Assembly (NCBI GenBank): GCA_964016885.1
Contig: OZ024759.1
Location: forward strand, 27,900,001 to 27,964,000
Reading direction: 5' to 3'
Origin: Eledone cirrhosa
Lineage: Eukaryota
Length of the DNA stretch: 64,000 nt
Below the pieces are notes generated by a model. That model did not search any database. It saw nothing but the letters and a program-made list of their open reading frames with translations, and had not been told where the DNA came from. The translations under genes and the position numbers were made by a program. Below, piece after piece: positions 24,266-39,504 of this stretch (positions are counted from its first letter, which is position 1; every line of letters begins with the position of its first letter).

Positions 24266-25780
24266 ACTCTCTATCCCTCTCTATCTCCTCTCTATCCCCT
24301 CTCTATCCCCTCTCTATCCCCTCTCTACCTTCTCTCTATCCCCTCTATACCTTCTCTCTATCCCTTCTCTACCTTCTCTCTATCCCTTCTCTACCTTCTC
24401 TCTATCCCTTCTCTACCTTCTCTCTATCCCCTCTATACCTTCTCTCTATCCCTTCTCTACCTTCTCTCTATCCCTTCTCTACCTTCTCTCTATCCCCTCT
24501 CTATTCCCTCTCTACTTTCTCTCTACCTTCTCTCTATCTCCTCTCTATCCCCTCTCTATTCCCTCTCTACCTTCTCTCTACCTTCTCTCTATCTCCTCTC
24601 TACCTTCTCTCTATCTCCTCTCTACCTTCTCTCTATCTCCTCTCTATCTCCTCTCTATCTCCTCTCTATCTCCTCTCTATCCCCTCTCTATCTCCTCTCT
24701 ATCCCCTCTCTATCTCCTCTCTATCCCCTCTCTATTCCCTCTCTACCTTCTCTCTACCTTCTCTCTATCTCCTCTCTACCTTCTCTCTATCTTCTCTCTA
24801 TCCCCTCTCTATCCCCTCTCTATTCCCTCTCTACCTTCTCTCTACCTTCTCTCTATCTCCTCTCTACCTTCTCTCTATCTCCTCTCTATCTCCTCTCTAT
24901 CCCCTCTCTATCTCCTCTCTATCCCTTCTCTACCTCCTCTCTATCCCTTCTCTACCTTCTCTCTATCCCTCCTCTACCTTCTCTCTATCCCCTCTCTATC
25001 CCCTCTCTATCCCTTCTCTACCTTCTCTCTATCCCCTCTCTATTCCCTCTCTACTTTCTCTCTACCTTCTCTCTATCTCCTCTCTATCCCCTCTCTATTC
25101 CCTCTCTACCTTCTCTCTACCTTCTCTCTATCTCCTCTCTACCTTCTCTCTACCTTCTCTCTATCTCCTCTCTATCTCCTCTCTATCTCCTCTCTATCTC
25201 CTCTCTATCTCCTCTCTATCTCCTCTCTATCCCCTCTCTATCTCCTCTCTATCCCCTCTCTATCTCCTCTCTATCCCTCCTCTACCTTCTCTCTATCCCC
25301 TCTCTATCCCCTCTCTATCCTCTTCTCTATCTCCTCTCTATCTCCTCTCTATCTCCTCTCTATTCCCTCTCTATTCCCTCTCTACCTCCTCTCTACCTCC
25401 TCTCTACCTCCTCTCTACCTCTTCTCTATCTCCTCTTTATCTCCTCTCTATCTCCTCTCTATCTCCTCTCTATCCCCTCTCTATCTCCTCTCTACCTTCT
25501 CTCTATCTCCTCTCTATCTCCTCTCTATCCCCTCTCTATCTCCTCTCTACCTTCTCTCTATCTCCTCTCTATCTCCTCTCTATCCTCTCTCTAGCTCCTC
25601 TCTATCTCCTCTCTATCCCCTCTCTATCCCCTCTCTATCTCCTCTCTATCCCTTCTCTACCTTCTCTCTATCCCTTCTCTCTATCCCTTCTCTATCCCCT
25701 CTCTATCCCTTCTCTATCTCCTCTCTATCCCCTCTCTATCCCTTCTCTATCCCCTCTCTACCTCCTCTCTATCTTCTCTT
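24266..25780. repeat. 1.5-kb polypyrimidine tandem repeat (ctctctatcc/ctctaccttc variants)
   Basis: Almost G-free plus strand. Confidence 0.95.
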
Positions 25781-25902
25781 GTTTAATATTCCATCATTAA
25801 GAGAGCAAATAATTTGGAAATGTTCCAACTTTGATAACTTTAAAATGGTGGCCTCGTTTGTGACTGTTTTATGTCAATATAAAGTTAAGTGGCAATATCT
25901 AA

Positions 25903-26640
25903 CACACACACATACTCACACATACATACACCTATACTGGACACATGGACACACATACTCACACATACATACACCTATACTGGACACATGGACACACATA
26001 CTCACACATACATACACCTATACTGGACACATGGACACACATACTCACACATACATACATACATCTATACTGGACACATGGACACACATACTCACACATA
26101 CATACATACACCTATACTGGGCACATGGACACACATACTCACACATACATACACCTATACTGGACACATGGACACACATACTCACACATACATACACCTA
26201 TACTGGACACATGGACACACATACTCACACATACATACATACATCTATACTGGACACATGGACACACATACTCACACATACATACATACACCTATACTGG
26301 ACACATGGACACACATACTCACACATACATACACCTATACTGGACACATGGACACACACATACTCACACATACATACACCTATACTGGACACATGGACAC
26401 ACATACTCACACATACATACACCTATACTGGACACATGGACACACACATACTCACACACATACTCACACATACATACACCTATACTGGACACATGGACAC
26501 ACACATACTCACACATACATACACATATACTGGACACGTGGACACACACATTCACACATACATACATCTATACTGGACACATGGACACACACATACTCAC
26601 ATATACATACACATATACTGGACACATGGGCTCACACATA
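25903..26640. repeat. About 43-47-bp minisatellite
   Basis: Unit cacatactcacacatacatacacctatactggacacatggaca. Confidence 0.9.
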
Positions 26641-26820
26641 CACACACATACACACACATGTAATGCACATACATAGCCACACACACACACACACATGTAA
26701 TGTAGACACACACACAGCAGACACACACATGTAATGCATACATAGCCACACACGTAATGCATAAATAGACTCACACACACATGTAATGTACACATAGACA
26801 CAAACATACACATTTCATAT

Positions 26821-26902
<82 letters not shown>

Positions 26903-26998
26903 AATGTACACATAGACACAAACACACACATATAATGTACACATAGACACAAACACACACATACAATGTACACAGACACAAACATACACATTTAATAT

Positions 26999-27075
<77 letters not shown>

Positions 27076-27201
27076 TACAATGTACACATAGACACAAACA
27101 CACACACACATATATATATATATACATACAATGTACACATAGACACAAACACACACATACAATGTACACAGACACAAGCATACACATTTAATACACACAC
27201 G

Positions 27202-27243
<42 letters not shown>

Positions 27244-27651
27244 CAATGTACACTGCCACAAACATACACATTTAATACACACATATACAGATACATGCAC
27301 ACACACAGACAGATACACACACACATATACACATACATACACATATATACACATATATATGTGTATATACACATACACATATATACACATATATACACAC
27401 ATATACACACATATACGCACACATATACACACACACATATACACACACACATATATACACACACACATATACACCCACCACACACACATATACACATACA
27501 CAAGCTATGTGGCTCAAGTAAACATTAACTAAAACAAAGAAAGATTAAATATTTTAAAAATAAATAATCTCAGTAAATTCTTTAATAGGATTAGTTAGGG
27601 GAGAGAATTTAAGATATATTGCCATGGAAATATTAAATAAAACACACACTC

Positions 27652-27684
<33 letters not shown>

Positions 27685-27686
27685 GG

Positions 27687-27717
<31 letters not shown>

Positions 27718-27730
27718 TTAATATAGAAAT

Positions 27731-27781
27731 GGCTTCTACAGGACTAGAACTGTTTCATTTGGAGGAAATCATCAGAAAGCC
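27731..27781 (-). ncRNA. Type I hammerhead motif, family H2
   Basis: Minus strand: GGCTTT-CTGATGA-TTTCCTCCAAAT-GAAA-CAG(TTCTAGTC)CT-GTA|GAAGCC. 6-bp stem I, 4-bp stem III (ACAG/CTGT), GUA site. Confidence 0.75.
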
Positions 27782-28425
27782 GACTGTCAATGTAAATTTC
27801 TGGTATTTATACATTTTGTCATGGTAAGGGAAGGGTAGTGGTGGTGGTGGTGGTGGTGGTGGGGGTTTAGAGGTCATGGTGGGATTAAGGGGGGGGGGAG
27901 AGTGGGTTCTTAGAATAAACCAAATTTATTTAGAGAAAGAAGTTTAGTGGCAAGTTGCAATTGAAATAAACACTACCCTATTCTATAGTACAATTTTGAA
28001 CAAAAGGTATCAAGTAGTTGATGGAACATCTGTGGAAATGGTAGGTTAGTACAAGCACACACGCCATCACACACGCGCGCACGCAAGCGCACACACACAC
28101 GCACACACACACGCACATAAATACATATATACACATACTAATACATATATACAGACACACATACATGGATCAAACTCTTAAATCTGTGTTATATATTTTA
28201 TGTAGGCATAATTACATTCTTAAGGAGATGCCTAATATTCATTCCTCTTCAGTGAATATAGCCTTGGCCAGGAGCCCTTTATGTCACCAGACAGTGTCCA
28301 ATGCTCATTGGGTGTTTCGACCCTCAACTATAACACCCTCTCACTGGTGGGTCAGCAAAGGTGGCCAAATTACTGCTCCAAAGCATCAAACTATCAAAAC
28401 ACTGAAAAGTCAGAAAAACCGTGGC

Positions 28426-28897
28426 CCACCCAAGGAAGGTGCCCCATGAGGTGGAGTGGCTGCTGCAGTGGTTGTCACTGACCATTCAGTAACTAGCCTG
28501 AGGAAGGAGCCCTGTGGGGTGGGATGGCTGATACAGCAGGTGTCGCTGACCATTCAGCAGCCCACCTGAGGAAGGAGCCCTGTGGGGTGGGATGGCTGAT
28601 ACAGCGGGTGTTGCTGGCCACTCAGCAACCCACCTGCAGAAGGAGCCCTGTGAGGTGGGATGGCTGATACAGCAGGTGTTGCTGGCCACTCAGCAACCCA
28701 CCTGAGGAAGGAGCCCTGTGAGGTGGGATGGCTGATACAGCGGGTGCTGCTGGCCACTCAGCAACCCACCCGAGAAAGGAGCCCTGTGAGGTGGGATGGC
28801 TGATACAGCGGGTGCTGCTGGCCACTCAGCAACCCACCTGAGAAAGGAGCCCTGTGAGGTGGAGTGACTGTTGCAGTGGTTGTCACTAGTCATTCTC
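28426..28897. repeat. GC-rich 68-bp minisatellite, about 6-7 copies
   Basis: Unit ccacctgaggaaggagccctgtgaggtgggatggctgatacagcgggtgctgctggccactcagcaac. Confidence 0.95.
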
Positions 28898-29984
28898 CAT
28901 GGCAATGCCTTTGACATTTTATCTGCAGGACACAGCTGAGATGTACTGCTCAGACTGGGGTGTACTGCTCAGACCAGGGTGTAGAGTCTGACGCTCCCTC
29001 CATCTCCTTCTTCCTTTCCTTTCATTGTTTAATTTCTTGTTTCGTTTTATTTCTTAACCACATGCCCATAGTTACGGCTCCAATTCTATGGGCATGTGGT
29101 TAGATTGTCTCAGGAAAGAATCGCTGGACATATCTTATGGGCAAAACCACCCAACAAGAGACCTAGGAGTAGACTCTGAGCAAGATGGCTGTATAACATC
29201 CATAGGCTTAGCTGGTCACACTTGGGGATCCAGCCAGATCAGTTGGAGATGGTTGTTTCTGACAGGACCCGTTGGAGGACTCTGTCCCCACAACCCTCTC
29301 AGGAATAAGTGGGCAAAGAAGAAGAAGCTGCTGTTGCTGTTGTCAAAGGTCTGTTAGCTCAAGGGTTCGAGCATTCAGCCAAAATTTGAGAGCTACAGGG
29401 TTTGATTCTTTGTAACAACTGCTGGCCAATTTTTACCTGTCTACAGGAGTAGTTTACATGATTTTCTAAGCTATTATTTATAGTAATTCAGGCGGTAATT
29501 AAGGCGGTGCATTGGCAGTATCGGTAGAGGCTCGGACGCCATGCTTTGACGCATAGAGTTACGGCCCTTGCCATTCTGAGTTCAAATCCCGCCGAGGTTA
29601 ACTTTGCCTTTCATCCTTACGGGGTCGATAAAATAAAGTACCAGTAATGCACTGGGTAATTGCTGGCCTTGTGCCTAACGTAGAAACAATTATTTATAGT
29701 AATTCAGACGCCATGCTTTCCAGCATAGTTACGTCCCTTTACGATCTGAGTTCAAATCCCGCCGAGGTTGACTTTGCCTTTCATCCTTATGGGGTCGATA
29801 AAATAAAGTACCAGTAATGCACTGGGTAATTGCTGGCCTTGTGCCTAAAGTAGAAACAATTATTTATAGTAATTAAGTTTATTTTCTCCATCTAGGGTTC
29901 CTACATTTCTCTATAATTTGTATGTATTTCAGTTTACAGAGCTGGTGTTAGAATAAGATATATGTGATATGTATATGTGGGATA

Positions 29985-30300
29985 TATGTGGTGCAGGTGG
30001 GGTACATATGTAGAGCAGGTGTGGTACAGATGTTGTGCAGGTGTGGGATAGATGTGGTGCAGCTGTGGTACAGATGCAGGATAAATGGGGTACAGATGTA
30101 GTACAGGTGTAGTACTGGTGTGGTGCAGATGTGGTACGGATGTTGGATATATGTGGTATAGATGTGGTGCAGATGTGGTACAGATATGGTACAGATATGG
30201 TAGAGATGTAGAGCAGATGTAGTACAGATATGGTACAGATATGGTAGAGATGTAGAGCAGGTGTGGTGCAGATGTGGTACAGATGTGGTACAGATGTCAG
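29985..30300. repeat. 11-bp degenerate minisatellite
   Basis: Unit cagatgtggta. Confidence 0.85.
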
Positions 30301-30666
30301 ATAGTTTAATAAACAATAAGCTGTGAGACATGTACACTGTACACTTTCTTATGTTTTGTAGTGTATGAGGAGATTAACAAATATATATACATTTGTTTAC
30401 ATTTTCATAGTTAGGCTTAAAATTTAAAAACTATATCTACACTACATTTATCTTCACACACACATATATATATAACATATATATATATATATATATATAA
30501 AGAGAGAGAGAGAGACAAACACAGAGGACCAATATATATATATATATATATATAGACCAACGGAAAAATGAAACAAAATTTCATTTCTCACTCTTAGTAC
30601 GGCTGTTACTTAAATATAAGTATCTATACATACATACATATATGTATACAGACGTACAGTAGTATG

Positions 30667-30699
<33 letters not shown>

Positions 30700-30792
30700 G
30701 CACACTTATATATATGTACGTATGGATTCACCGAACATTTATTATAATGCTCTGTGTGTTTGTAAACAAACATCCCGATATATATATATAGA

Positions 30793-30854
<62 letters not shown>

Positions 30855-31078
30855 GCGAGAGGGGGAGGGACATAGAGATAAATATTATTTACTTGTAGAT
30901 TAAAAGTAAAAACAAACAGAGACAACAACAACCACAACAACCTCTATAAGTTGTAATGTAGATAAATGTTATATAGGAAGCGGGGGTGGGGTGGATTATC
31001 TCAGCTATTTAAGCTGATTTCAGAGAAACATTAATCTCAGAATTACATAAAATATAACATAAAGGTTAATCTTTATAG

Positions 31079-31126
<48 letters not shown>

Positions 31127-31238
31127 CACACACAGTCACATAGATATATAATTATATATAAACATATATATATATATGTATATATAAATACACAAAAAAT
31201 AATATATATATGTGTGTATATATATGTATATATATATG

Positions 31239-31303
<65 letters not shown>

Positions 31304-32028
31304 GTATATATATATATGTATATATATATATGTATATATATATATGTATATATAATATGTATATATATATGTATATATCATCATCACCGTTTTACGTCCG
31401 TTCTTCCACGCTAGCATGGGTTAGACGGCCATATATATATATGTATATATATATGTATATATATATATGTATATATAATATGTATATATATATGTATATA
31501 TAATATGTATATATATATGTATATATATGTATGTTTATGTATTAGTATATGTATATATATGTATATATAAGTTTATATATATGTATATATATGTTTATAT
31601 ATATGTATATATATGTTTATATATATATATATATATGTTTATATATATATATGTTTATATATATATATGTTTATATATATATATATGTTTATATATATAT
31701 ATGTTTATATATATATATATATATGTTTATATATATATATATGTTTATATATATATATATGTTTATATATATATATATATGTTTATATATGTATATATAT
31801 ATATATGTTTATATATGTATATATATGTATATATATATGTTTATATATATATGTATATATATGTATATATATATGTTTATATATATATGTATATCAGTTC
31901 CTGTATGAGCAAGGCATGGTCAGCCGACCAGACACTGCCCACAACAGGACAACCCGTCTAACCCATGCTAGCGTGGAAGAACGGACGTAAAACGGTGATG
32001 ATGATATATATATATATATGTTTATATA

Positions 32029-32061
<33 letters not shown>

Positions 32062-32969
32062 GTTTATATGTATATATATATATATATATATATGTTTATA
32101 TATATATGTATATATATATATATAGGTGAATGTGTTTTATTACTTTCTACTAAAGAATTCTTATTTCCATATATTTTATTATCAATGGCAAATCTCTTTG
32201 ATGTATGAATGAGATCTCATAAAAATGTATTTAGTAGAGAACTGTTCTGCTGGATCATGCCTGACCTAGGGTTAAACTACATCACCATCCACTTGTAGTT
32301 TATACTAACTTCTATGATATGGTATGATCCTTTATCTCCTAAGGGAGTCATAGAGGCGCCGTATCGACATATGGCCAATGTTTCTCAGGATTTTTAAGCC
32401 TGGTGGAGCCCATCAGACCTATTGCTGTGTCCATCCCATCTTTTATTCAGGCATAGAACATCTAGGACTACATTATCTAATGTGCAGTGTAGAAGTTACA
32501 GGTTCCCAAACTGTGGCTCACCACTTGTCCCTCCTCATTCAGTGCCGGGGCCCCACAACTGTGGCGATGCTGTGAGATGGGTTATGCTCCTCATATCGGT
32601 GAAATATAGTTCCAAGTTTCTTAACTATGGTTCTGCTGTGTGATGGGTCAAGCTCCAAAACTATGGTTCCATTGTGAGACGGGTTCAGCGTAGCCACAGC
32701 ATAGCCAAATGGCCTGTCTCTCCTCATAACAGGGCCATCTAGTTCCACACTATAAATGTGGTTGGTGTTAGGAAGGGCATCCAGCTGTAAAATACCTGGC
32801 CAAACATACAGTCCTCGCCAGAGCAAGGTGTGACACATGGCCAACCCTGGCCAGACTTTCCCACCAGTGTGGATGATCCTTCTAATCCACGAAAGGGACG
32901 CTAAATGGTGATGATGATTATGAGATATATATATATGGTGGTAATATATATATGTATATATATATATAT

Positions 32970-33100
32970 ATCATGTTTAATATAAAAATGGCTTCTACAG
33001 GACTAGAAATGTTTCATTCAAAAGAATGTAGTCCTGTAGAAGTCATTTTTATATTAAACATGATGTTTACACTCTACTAATATATTGAATACTTTACTAA
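32970..33100 (+). mobile_element. Family H2 fold-back fragment (hammerhead 3' half, inverted)
   Basis: atcatgtttaatataaaaatggcttctacaggacta ... tagtcctgtagaagtcatttttatattaaacatgat inverted arms (32970-33064), next to (TA)n, with an extension on one side. Confidence 0.65.
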
Positions 33101-34251
33101 TTGTGGTTACCCCCGATTGAACCCCGGACTCACACATATAAGAGGTACAGAGCACTAAAAGTTAGGAGTGGCGTGGGGAGACCCAAGAAGCCCTGGGATG
33201 AGGTGATAAAAGCGGACCTTGCCCAATTGTATCTCTCAACGGCGATGACACAGGAGTGTGACCTCTGGCATCACGCAGTAATACAGGAGACCCAACTTCC
33301 CACGAAAAAAAGCACCCAGTACTCACTGTGAATGAGGTTGATGTTAGGAAGGGCATCCAGCTGCAGAAATCAAGCCAAAATCAGTTCCCGTATGAGCAAG
33401 ACAAGGTCATCCAATCTAACATCGCCCACAACAGGACAACCCATCTAACCCGGATGTAAAACGGTGATGATGATGATATATATACACACACATATATGTA
33501 TATAAATATGTATATATATACACACACATATATATATATATAATCTTTATCAATGCACACAAAAACAAACATAAAATTATGTAAAATGAAAGAGTAAGTA
33601 ATAAACAGAGAAATACAGACACAATTATGTAAAATTATGTAAATTAAAAGATTCATATACAGGAGATGGAGAGTTAGGGTGGTGGTTTTTATTGGAGGTC
33701 AAGGAACACACACACAGACAGAATCTATGTATAAATTTAAGCAGCTTCTGTCTGTCCGTCCTCACACAGTGTGTGTGTTTGTGTGAATGTATGTGTGTAT
33801 AAAAGAAGGAAAGGGATGGTGAAAAAAACTAGCAAAACAGCGGCTGACGTTCCATTTGCTATGCTGTGTGTGAGTGCATGCGTGTGTTTGTGTAAATGTG
33901 TGTGTATGTGTGTGTTTGTGTAAATGTGTGTGTGTGTGTGTTTGTGTGAATGTATGTCTGAGTGTGTATTTTTGTAAGTGTGTCTGTGTTTGCACGTTTA
34001 TATTATATACTCATACATATAAATGTATGCATATACACATATACACACATATGCTTCAGCGTGTTGAAAAATATTCTAATTATATAAAGTTATGTAAATT
34101 GACAAACTCATTTACAGGAAATGGTGAGTGAGGATGGTGGTGTTGGAGGTCAAGGAACATGGACACACAGACAGAATTCTACAAAAAAAGATGGATATCT
34201 TAAGAGATATTTTAACTGTATTGAAATGGTAATCATTATTATAAGTACCAA

Positions 34252-35025
34252 GGGCGGTGAATTGGCAGTATCGGTAGAGGGTCGGACGCCATGCTTTCCA
34301 GCGTAGTTACGTCCCTTTATGTTCTGAGTTCAAATCCCACCGAGGTTCACTTTGCCTTTCACATCCTTACGGGGTCGATAAAATAAAGTACCAGTAATGT
34401 ACTGGGATAATTGCTGGCCTTCTGCCAAAAGTAGAAACAATTTTTATAAGTACCAGTAATGCACTAGGGTCAACTTAATTGACTTTCCCCTACCCCAAAA
34501 TTGTTGGCCTTGTGCCTAAATCAGAAGCCGTTAGAGGGTAATAGATTGGCAGTATCAGTAGAGCATTGACACCATGCTTGGCAGCATAAAGTTATGGCCC
34601 TTTATGTTCTGAGTTCAAATCCCGCCGAGGTTAGCTTTGCCTTTCATCCTTACGGGGTCGATAAAATAAAGTACCTGTAATACACTGGGGTAATTGCTGG
34701 CCTTGTGCCAAAAGTAGAAACAATTATTCTATATACTATACATGCACCTTTGATGAGTTGTAGTGCACCTGAGCACTGTACACGATAATTTCATTATTAT
34801 TATTTTTTTATTATTATTAATATCAGTAGGGTGTCAGATAACATGCTGTGGAGCATATAGTTACGGCCCTTTACGTTCTGAGTTCAAATCCCGCCGAGGT
34901 TAACTTTGCCTTTTATCCTTACAGGGGTCGATAAAACAAAGAACCAGTAATGTACTGGGTCGATTTAATCAACTTTCTCTCCATCCTTTCAAATTTCTGG
35001 CCTTCTGTCTAAAGTAGAAACCATT
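34252..35025 (+). mobile_element. Head-to-tail cluster of family A SINEs with a CR1 3' tail at 34740-34818
   Basis: Three near-full copies plus a partial one, all in the same orientation. Confidence 0.85.
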
Positions 35026-35315
35026 ATAAGCTTCTAATATTGTAGAATTTCTAGTGAAATAATTTGTAATTTAACAGCTCAGTGACTTAGTAAATTACCT
35101 GGCAGCTCACATTGGGTTAATGACAGGTGTATACTGATTCACACATAGAGGGCAGCACTCATTCACATATAGAGGGCAGCACCAGGGTGATGTTTATACA
35201 TAATTTCTATTTGTGTTGACTGAATCACAAAACATGCCTCGAAGATACCAACACCAACACCAACATTTTTATGATGATGATGATGATGATGATGATTATT
35301 ACGCCATCTTATAAG

Positions 35316-35359
<44 letters not shown>

Positions 35360-36494
35360 CATCATCATCATCGTTTTTACACAACTGCACACAACACAAC
35401 ACCACACCACCACTACACCACATTACACAACACAACACCACACTACACACCACACCACACACAGCACACAACACAACACCACACCACCACTACACACTAC
35501 ACCACATTACACAACACCACCCTACACACCACACCACACAACACTACACCACCACTACACACTACACCACATTACACAACACCACCCTACACACCACACC
35601 ACACAACACTACACCACCACTACACACTACACCACATTACACAACACAACACAACACCACACTACACACACCACACACCACACAACACAACACCACACCA
35701 CCACTACACAACACCACACCACCACTACACATTATATTACACCACACTGCATTACACAACCACGCACCATTACCACACCATACTACACCGCACACCATCA
35801 CTACACACCAACACCACATGACACCAACACTATATGACACCAACACCACACCAACACCGCACCACACCAACACCACACCACACCATACTACACCACACAC
35901 CATCTTTATTCACCATCACATCACCAACACCACCATCACCACACCATCACCACACCCCAGCACATTTTTGTCAACAACAACAACAGCAGCAGCAGCAGCA
36001 GCAGCAGCTCGCACTTTTATTATTACTCCTTTACATTTGTTTTCATGATGACATAGGTTGGCCGAGTTGCTAAAGTCTGAGTTTCTAGATACATTGTATG
36101 TCCAATATATCACCTCAATAACTCCCTCAGGGGTTACAGGTTCTGGTAGCGAGACTTCTTCTGTCCCTTTTGATCTCTCCCCTCCTCTCTATCCTTCTCT
36201 GGAAGAAATCTGCTGTATTCAATCCTGAAGAGGAGATGGGCTCCGTCAGGTTTAAAAAAAAAAAAAATGCCCTAGAAATGCTGTATGTTAATACGGTTCC
36301 CCCGTAGTGAGGAACTTTCCTATGGTTAATTTTCCGAAGACTAGGACCACTAGGACACTGACTTACGACCTCAGTGACATATCTATTGCCTATGGATGAA
36401 TCACATCGGGGTCACCAATTGGAAGAAAAAGTAAACAGTATAAGCATCGACTCCCTTAGGAGTTACGGGACTATACATGCATTGCAGGCAACAA

Positions 36495-37480
36495 ACTATA
36501 GATTTTTTATATTTACCTGGGCTATATACATTACTGTAGAAATAGCTACCTGTAGCACATAGCTGTGCTAAGTTCTTCACAATAACCTATCAATTTTATA
36601 TTTACCTGGACTACATACATTACTGTAGAATTAGCTACCTGTAGCATATAGCTGTACAGGTAGTTACCTGTGCTAAGTTCTTCACAATAACCTATCAATT
36701 TTATATTTATCTGGACTACATACATTACTGTAGAATTAGCTACCTGTAGCATATAGTAGTTACCTGTGCTAAGTTCTTCACAATAACCTATTAATTTTAT
36801 ATTTACCTTTATTAAAGCTGCAGTGTTAATTACCTGTGATAAATTCCTGACACTAATATGTTAATTTTACTTGTGCTACATAGCTGTAGAAGTTACCTGT
36901 TCTAAATCTGGAACAATAACCTAATAATTTAATATTTACCTGAGCTACATAGCTGTAGAAGTTACCTGTTCTAAATCTGGAACAAGAACCTAATAATTTA
37001 ATATTTACCTGAGCTACATAGCTGTAGTAGTTACCTGTGCTAAATCTGGAACAATAACCTAATAATTTAATATTTATTTACCTGTGCTACATAGCTGTAG
37101 AAGTTACCTGGGCTAAACCCCTGGCAAAAAGCTGCTGTAATAGTTACCTGTAGCATATAGCTATAGGGGTAGCTAGTTTACCTGTGCTAATTTCCAGACA
37201 CTAACCTATCAACTTCATATTTACCTGTGTTATTTAGCTTGTTGTAAAGTCACCTGTACCGAATATCTGACAATAAAGCTGTCACCTTCACATTTACCTG
37301 TATTATATATACTTTTTGTGTATATAAAGTCAGGTGTGTATATTTTTTTGCTGTCACTTTCACATTTACCTGGACTATATACACTTTGTGTGTGTATATA
37401 AAGACAGGTGTATATATATTTTTACTGTCACCATCACCTATACCTGGACCATATAACTACTTTTGTGTGTATATAACGAC
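36495..37480. repeat. Degenerate higher-order tandem repeat built on ttacctgt/atagctgtag motifs
   Basis: Units of about 65-110 bp, for example gttacctgtgctaagttcttcacaataacctatcaattttatatttacctgg. Confidence 0.85.
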
Positions 37481-37778
37481 AGCTGTGTATATATTTTTGC
37501 GAGTATTTAGGTTTCGTATGAAGATAAAACATTTAGGGCTATTCACAATAATAAATGTATGTTTAAATATATACAAACATGTATGTGTATATATATATAT
37601 ATAGTGTGAATATATTAAAAACAGAGAAAAATAATTATTTATAACTTAGAAATTGAGATAAAAGGTAAAGAGAAATAGTTTCCTTACTCACCTGCCCAGA
37701 GGAAATAGTTTACAATAGTATTTATATAGCAGCAGCAGCAGCTGTAGTTAGGTACAGTGTGTATATATAGCAATATAT

Positions 37779-37831
<53 letters not shown>

Positions 37832-37985
37832 TGTGTGTATATATATCAATATATATCAGTGTCTGTGTATGTATATATAAATATATGCGTGTGTCTGTAT
37901 AAATATATATATATATATATGCGAGTGTGTGTATGTGTGTAGAAAATGTAGGGAAAGTTTGCATATATATATGTATGTGTGTATT

Positions 37986-38020
<35 letters not shown>

Positions 38021-39145
38021 ATGTGTGTGTGAGTGTGTCTATATATGTATATAAATGTGTATGTATGTATATATATATGTGTATGTGTATATGCATATAA
38101 ATGTGTCTGTATGTATATAAATATGTGTGTGTATATGTGTATGTATATATATATATATATATATCTATATATGCAGGATAGTCCTTATTATACAGGCAAA
38201 TAATCAAAATCGTTCCATCTGTGACCATCCAAATGTAATATATACTTTCCCAATACTATATCATTACATCTAAGGTGTTCTGTTTTCTTTCAGATGGTTG
38301 TGTGTGATTTGAAGGAGATTTGACTGCTGTTTCTAGCACATTCAGTGACCACATAGTAATTCACTGAATAAGAACTTTAGTTATAATGTTGATGGTAGTA
38401 GTAGTTGTAATAGTGGTAGTGGTGTTGGTAGTAGTAGGGGTAGTAGTTGTAGTAGTAGTAGTAGTGGTTGTGGCAGTAGTGGTAGGAATAGTGGAAGTAG
38501 TAGTAGCAGTAGTAGTGGTAGTAGTCGTAATAACAGCAGCAGTAGCAGTAGTAATAGTAGTAGTAGTAATAATAGTAGTATTAACAGTAGTAGTAGTATT
38601 AACAGTAGTAGTAGTAGTAATAGTAGTAGTAGTAATAATAATAGTAGTAACAGTAGTAGTAGTAGTAACAGTAGTAGTAGTAGTAATAATAATAGTAGTA
38701 ACAGTAGTAGCAGTAGTAACAGTAGTAGTAGTAGTAGTAGTAGTAACAGCAGTAGTAGTAGTAGTAGTAGTAATAGTAGTAACAGCAGTAGTAACAGCAG
38801 TAGTAAGAACAGCTACCCATGACCACCTCCACCTGTAGAGTGTCACAAAATACAACCCCCCTCCCCCGCCTTCCTTTGTGAAACTATTGATAAAGTTTGG
38901 TGCCTTCATTCAAATTTAATGTTGAAAATATACGTGTGTGTGTGGTGTGCGGGGGTAGTGTGTTTGTGTGCTTGTGTGTGTGGGTTTGTTTGTGTGTGTG
39001 TATAGAAATATATCCATCATCATCATCATCACCATCATTTAGCGTTCGTTTTTCCTATGTGTGTACGTGTGTCGGTCTGTGTGTGTGGAAATATTTTCAT
39101 TGTCATCATCATCATCATCTTTTAACGTCCGCTGTGCCTGTGTGC

Positions 39146-39210
<65 letters not shown>

Positions 39211-39504
39211 ACTGATTGCAGCCATTTGACTGCGACCATACTGGGACACCGTCTTGAAGGGTCGATCTTAGTTGATTATACCGATTCCCTGTACTTAATA
39301 TTCAAATCTGGTAATATTTTTTCTCTTTAAAGTCGAACCCCGGAAACACGTCTCAGACATTTAGTTTTAGTTCAAAGAGTGGATATCTTCCATTCTCTCT
39401 CTCTGTCCTCCCAGAGAAGGCGAGATAGAGAGAGATAGATAGATATAGAGAGATAGAGATAGATAGATAGATATATATATAGAGAGATAGATAGAGATAG
39501 ATAT

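Noticed and set aside
36224-36290. CTGAAGA-GGAG..CTCC hammerhead-like start; also GAAACACGTC at 39345 and TTGACG...GAAAC at about 62265-62312(-)
   Set aside because: The partner core half or stem I/III is missing, so these cannot be told from chance.
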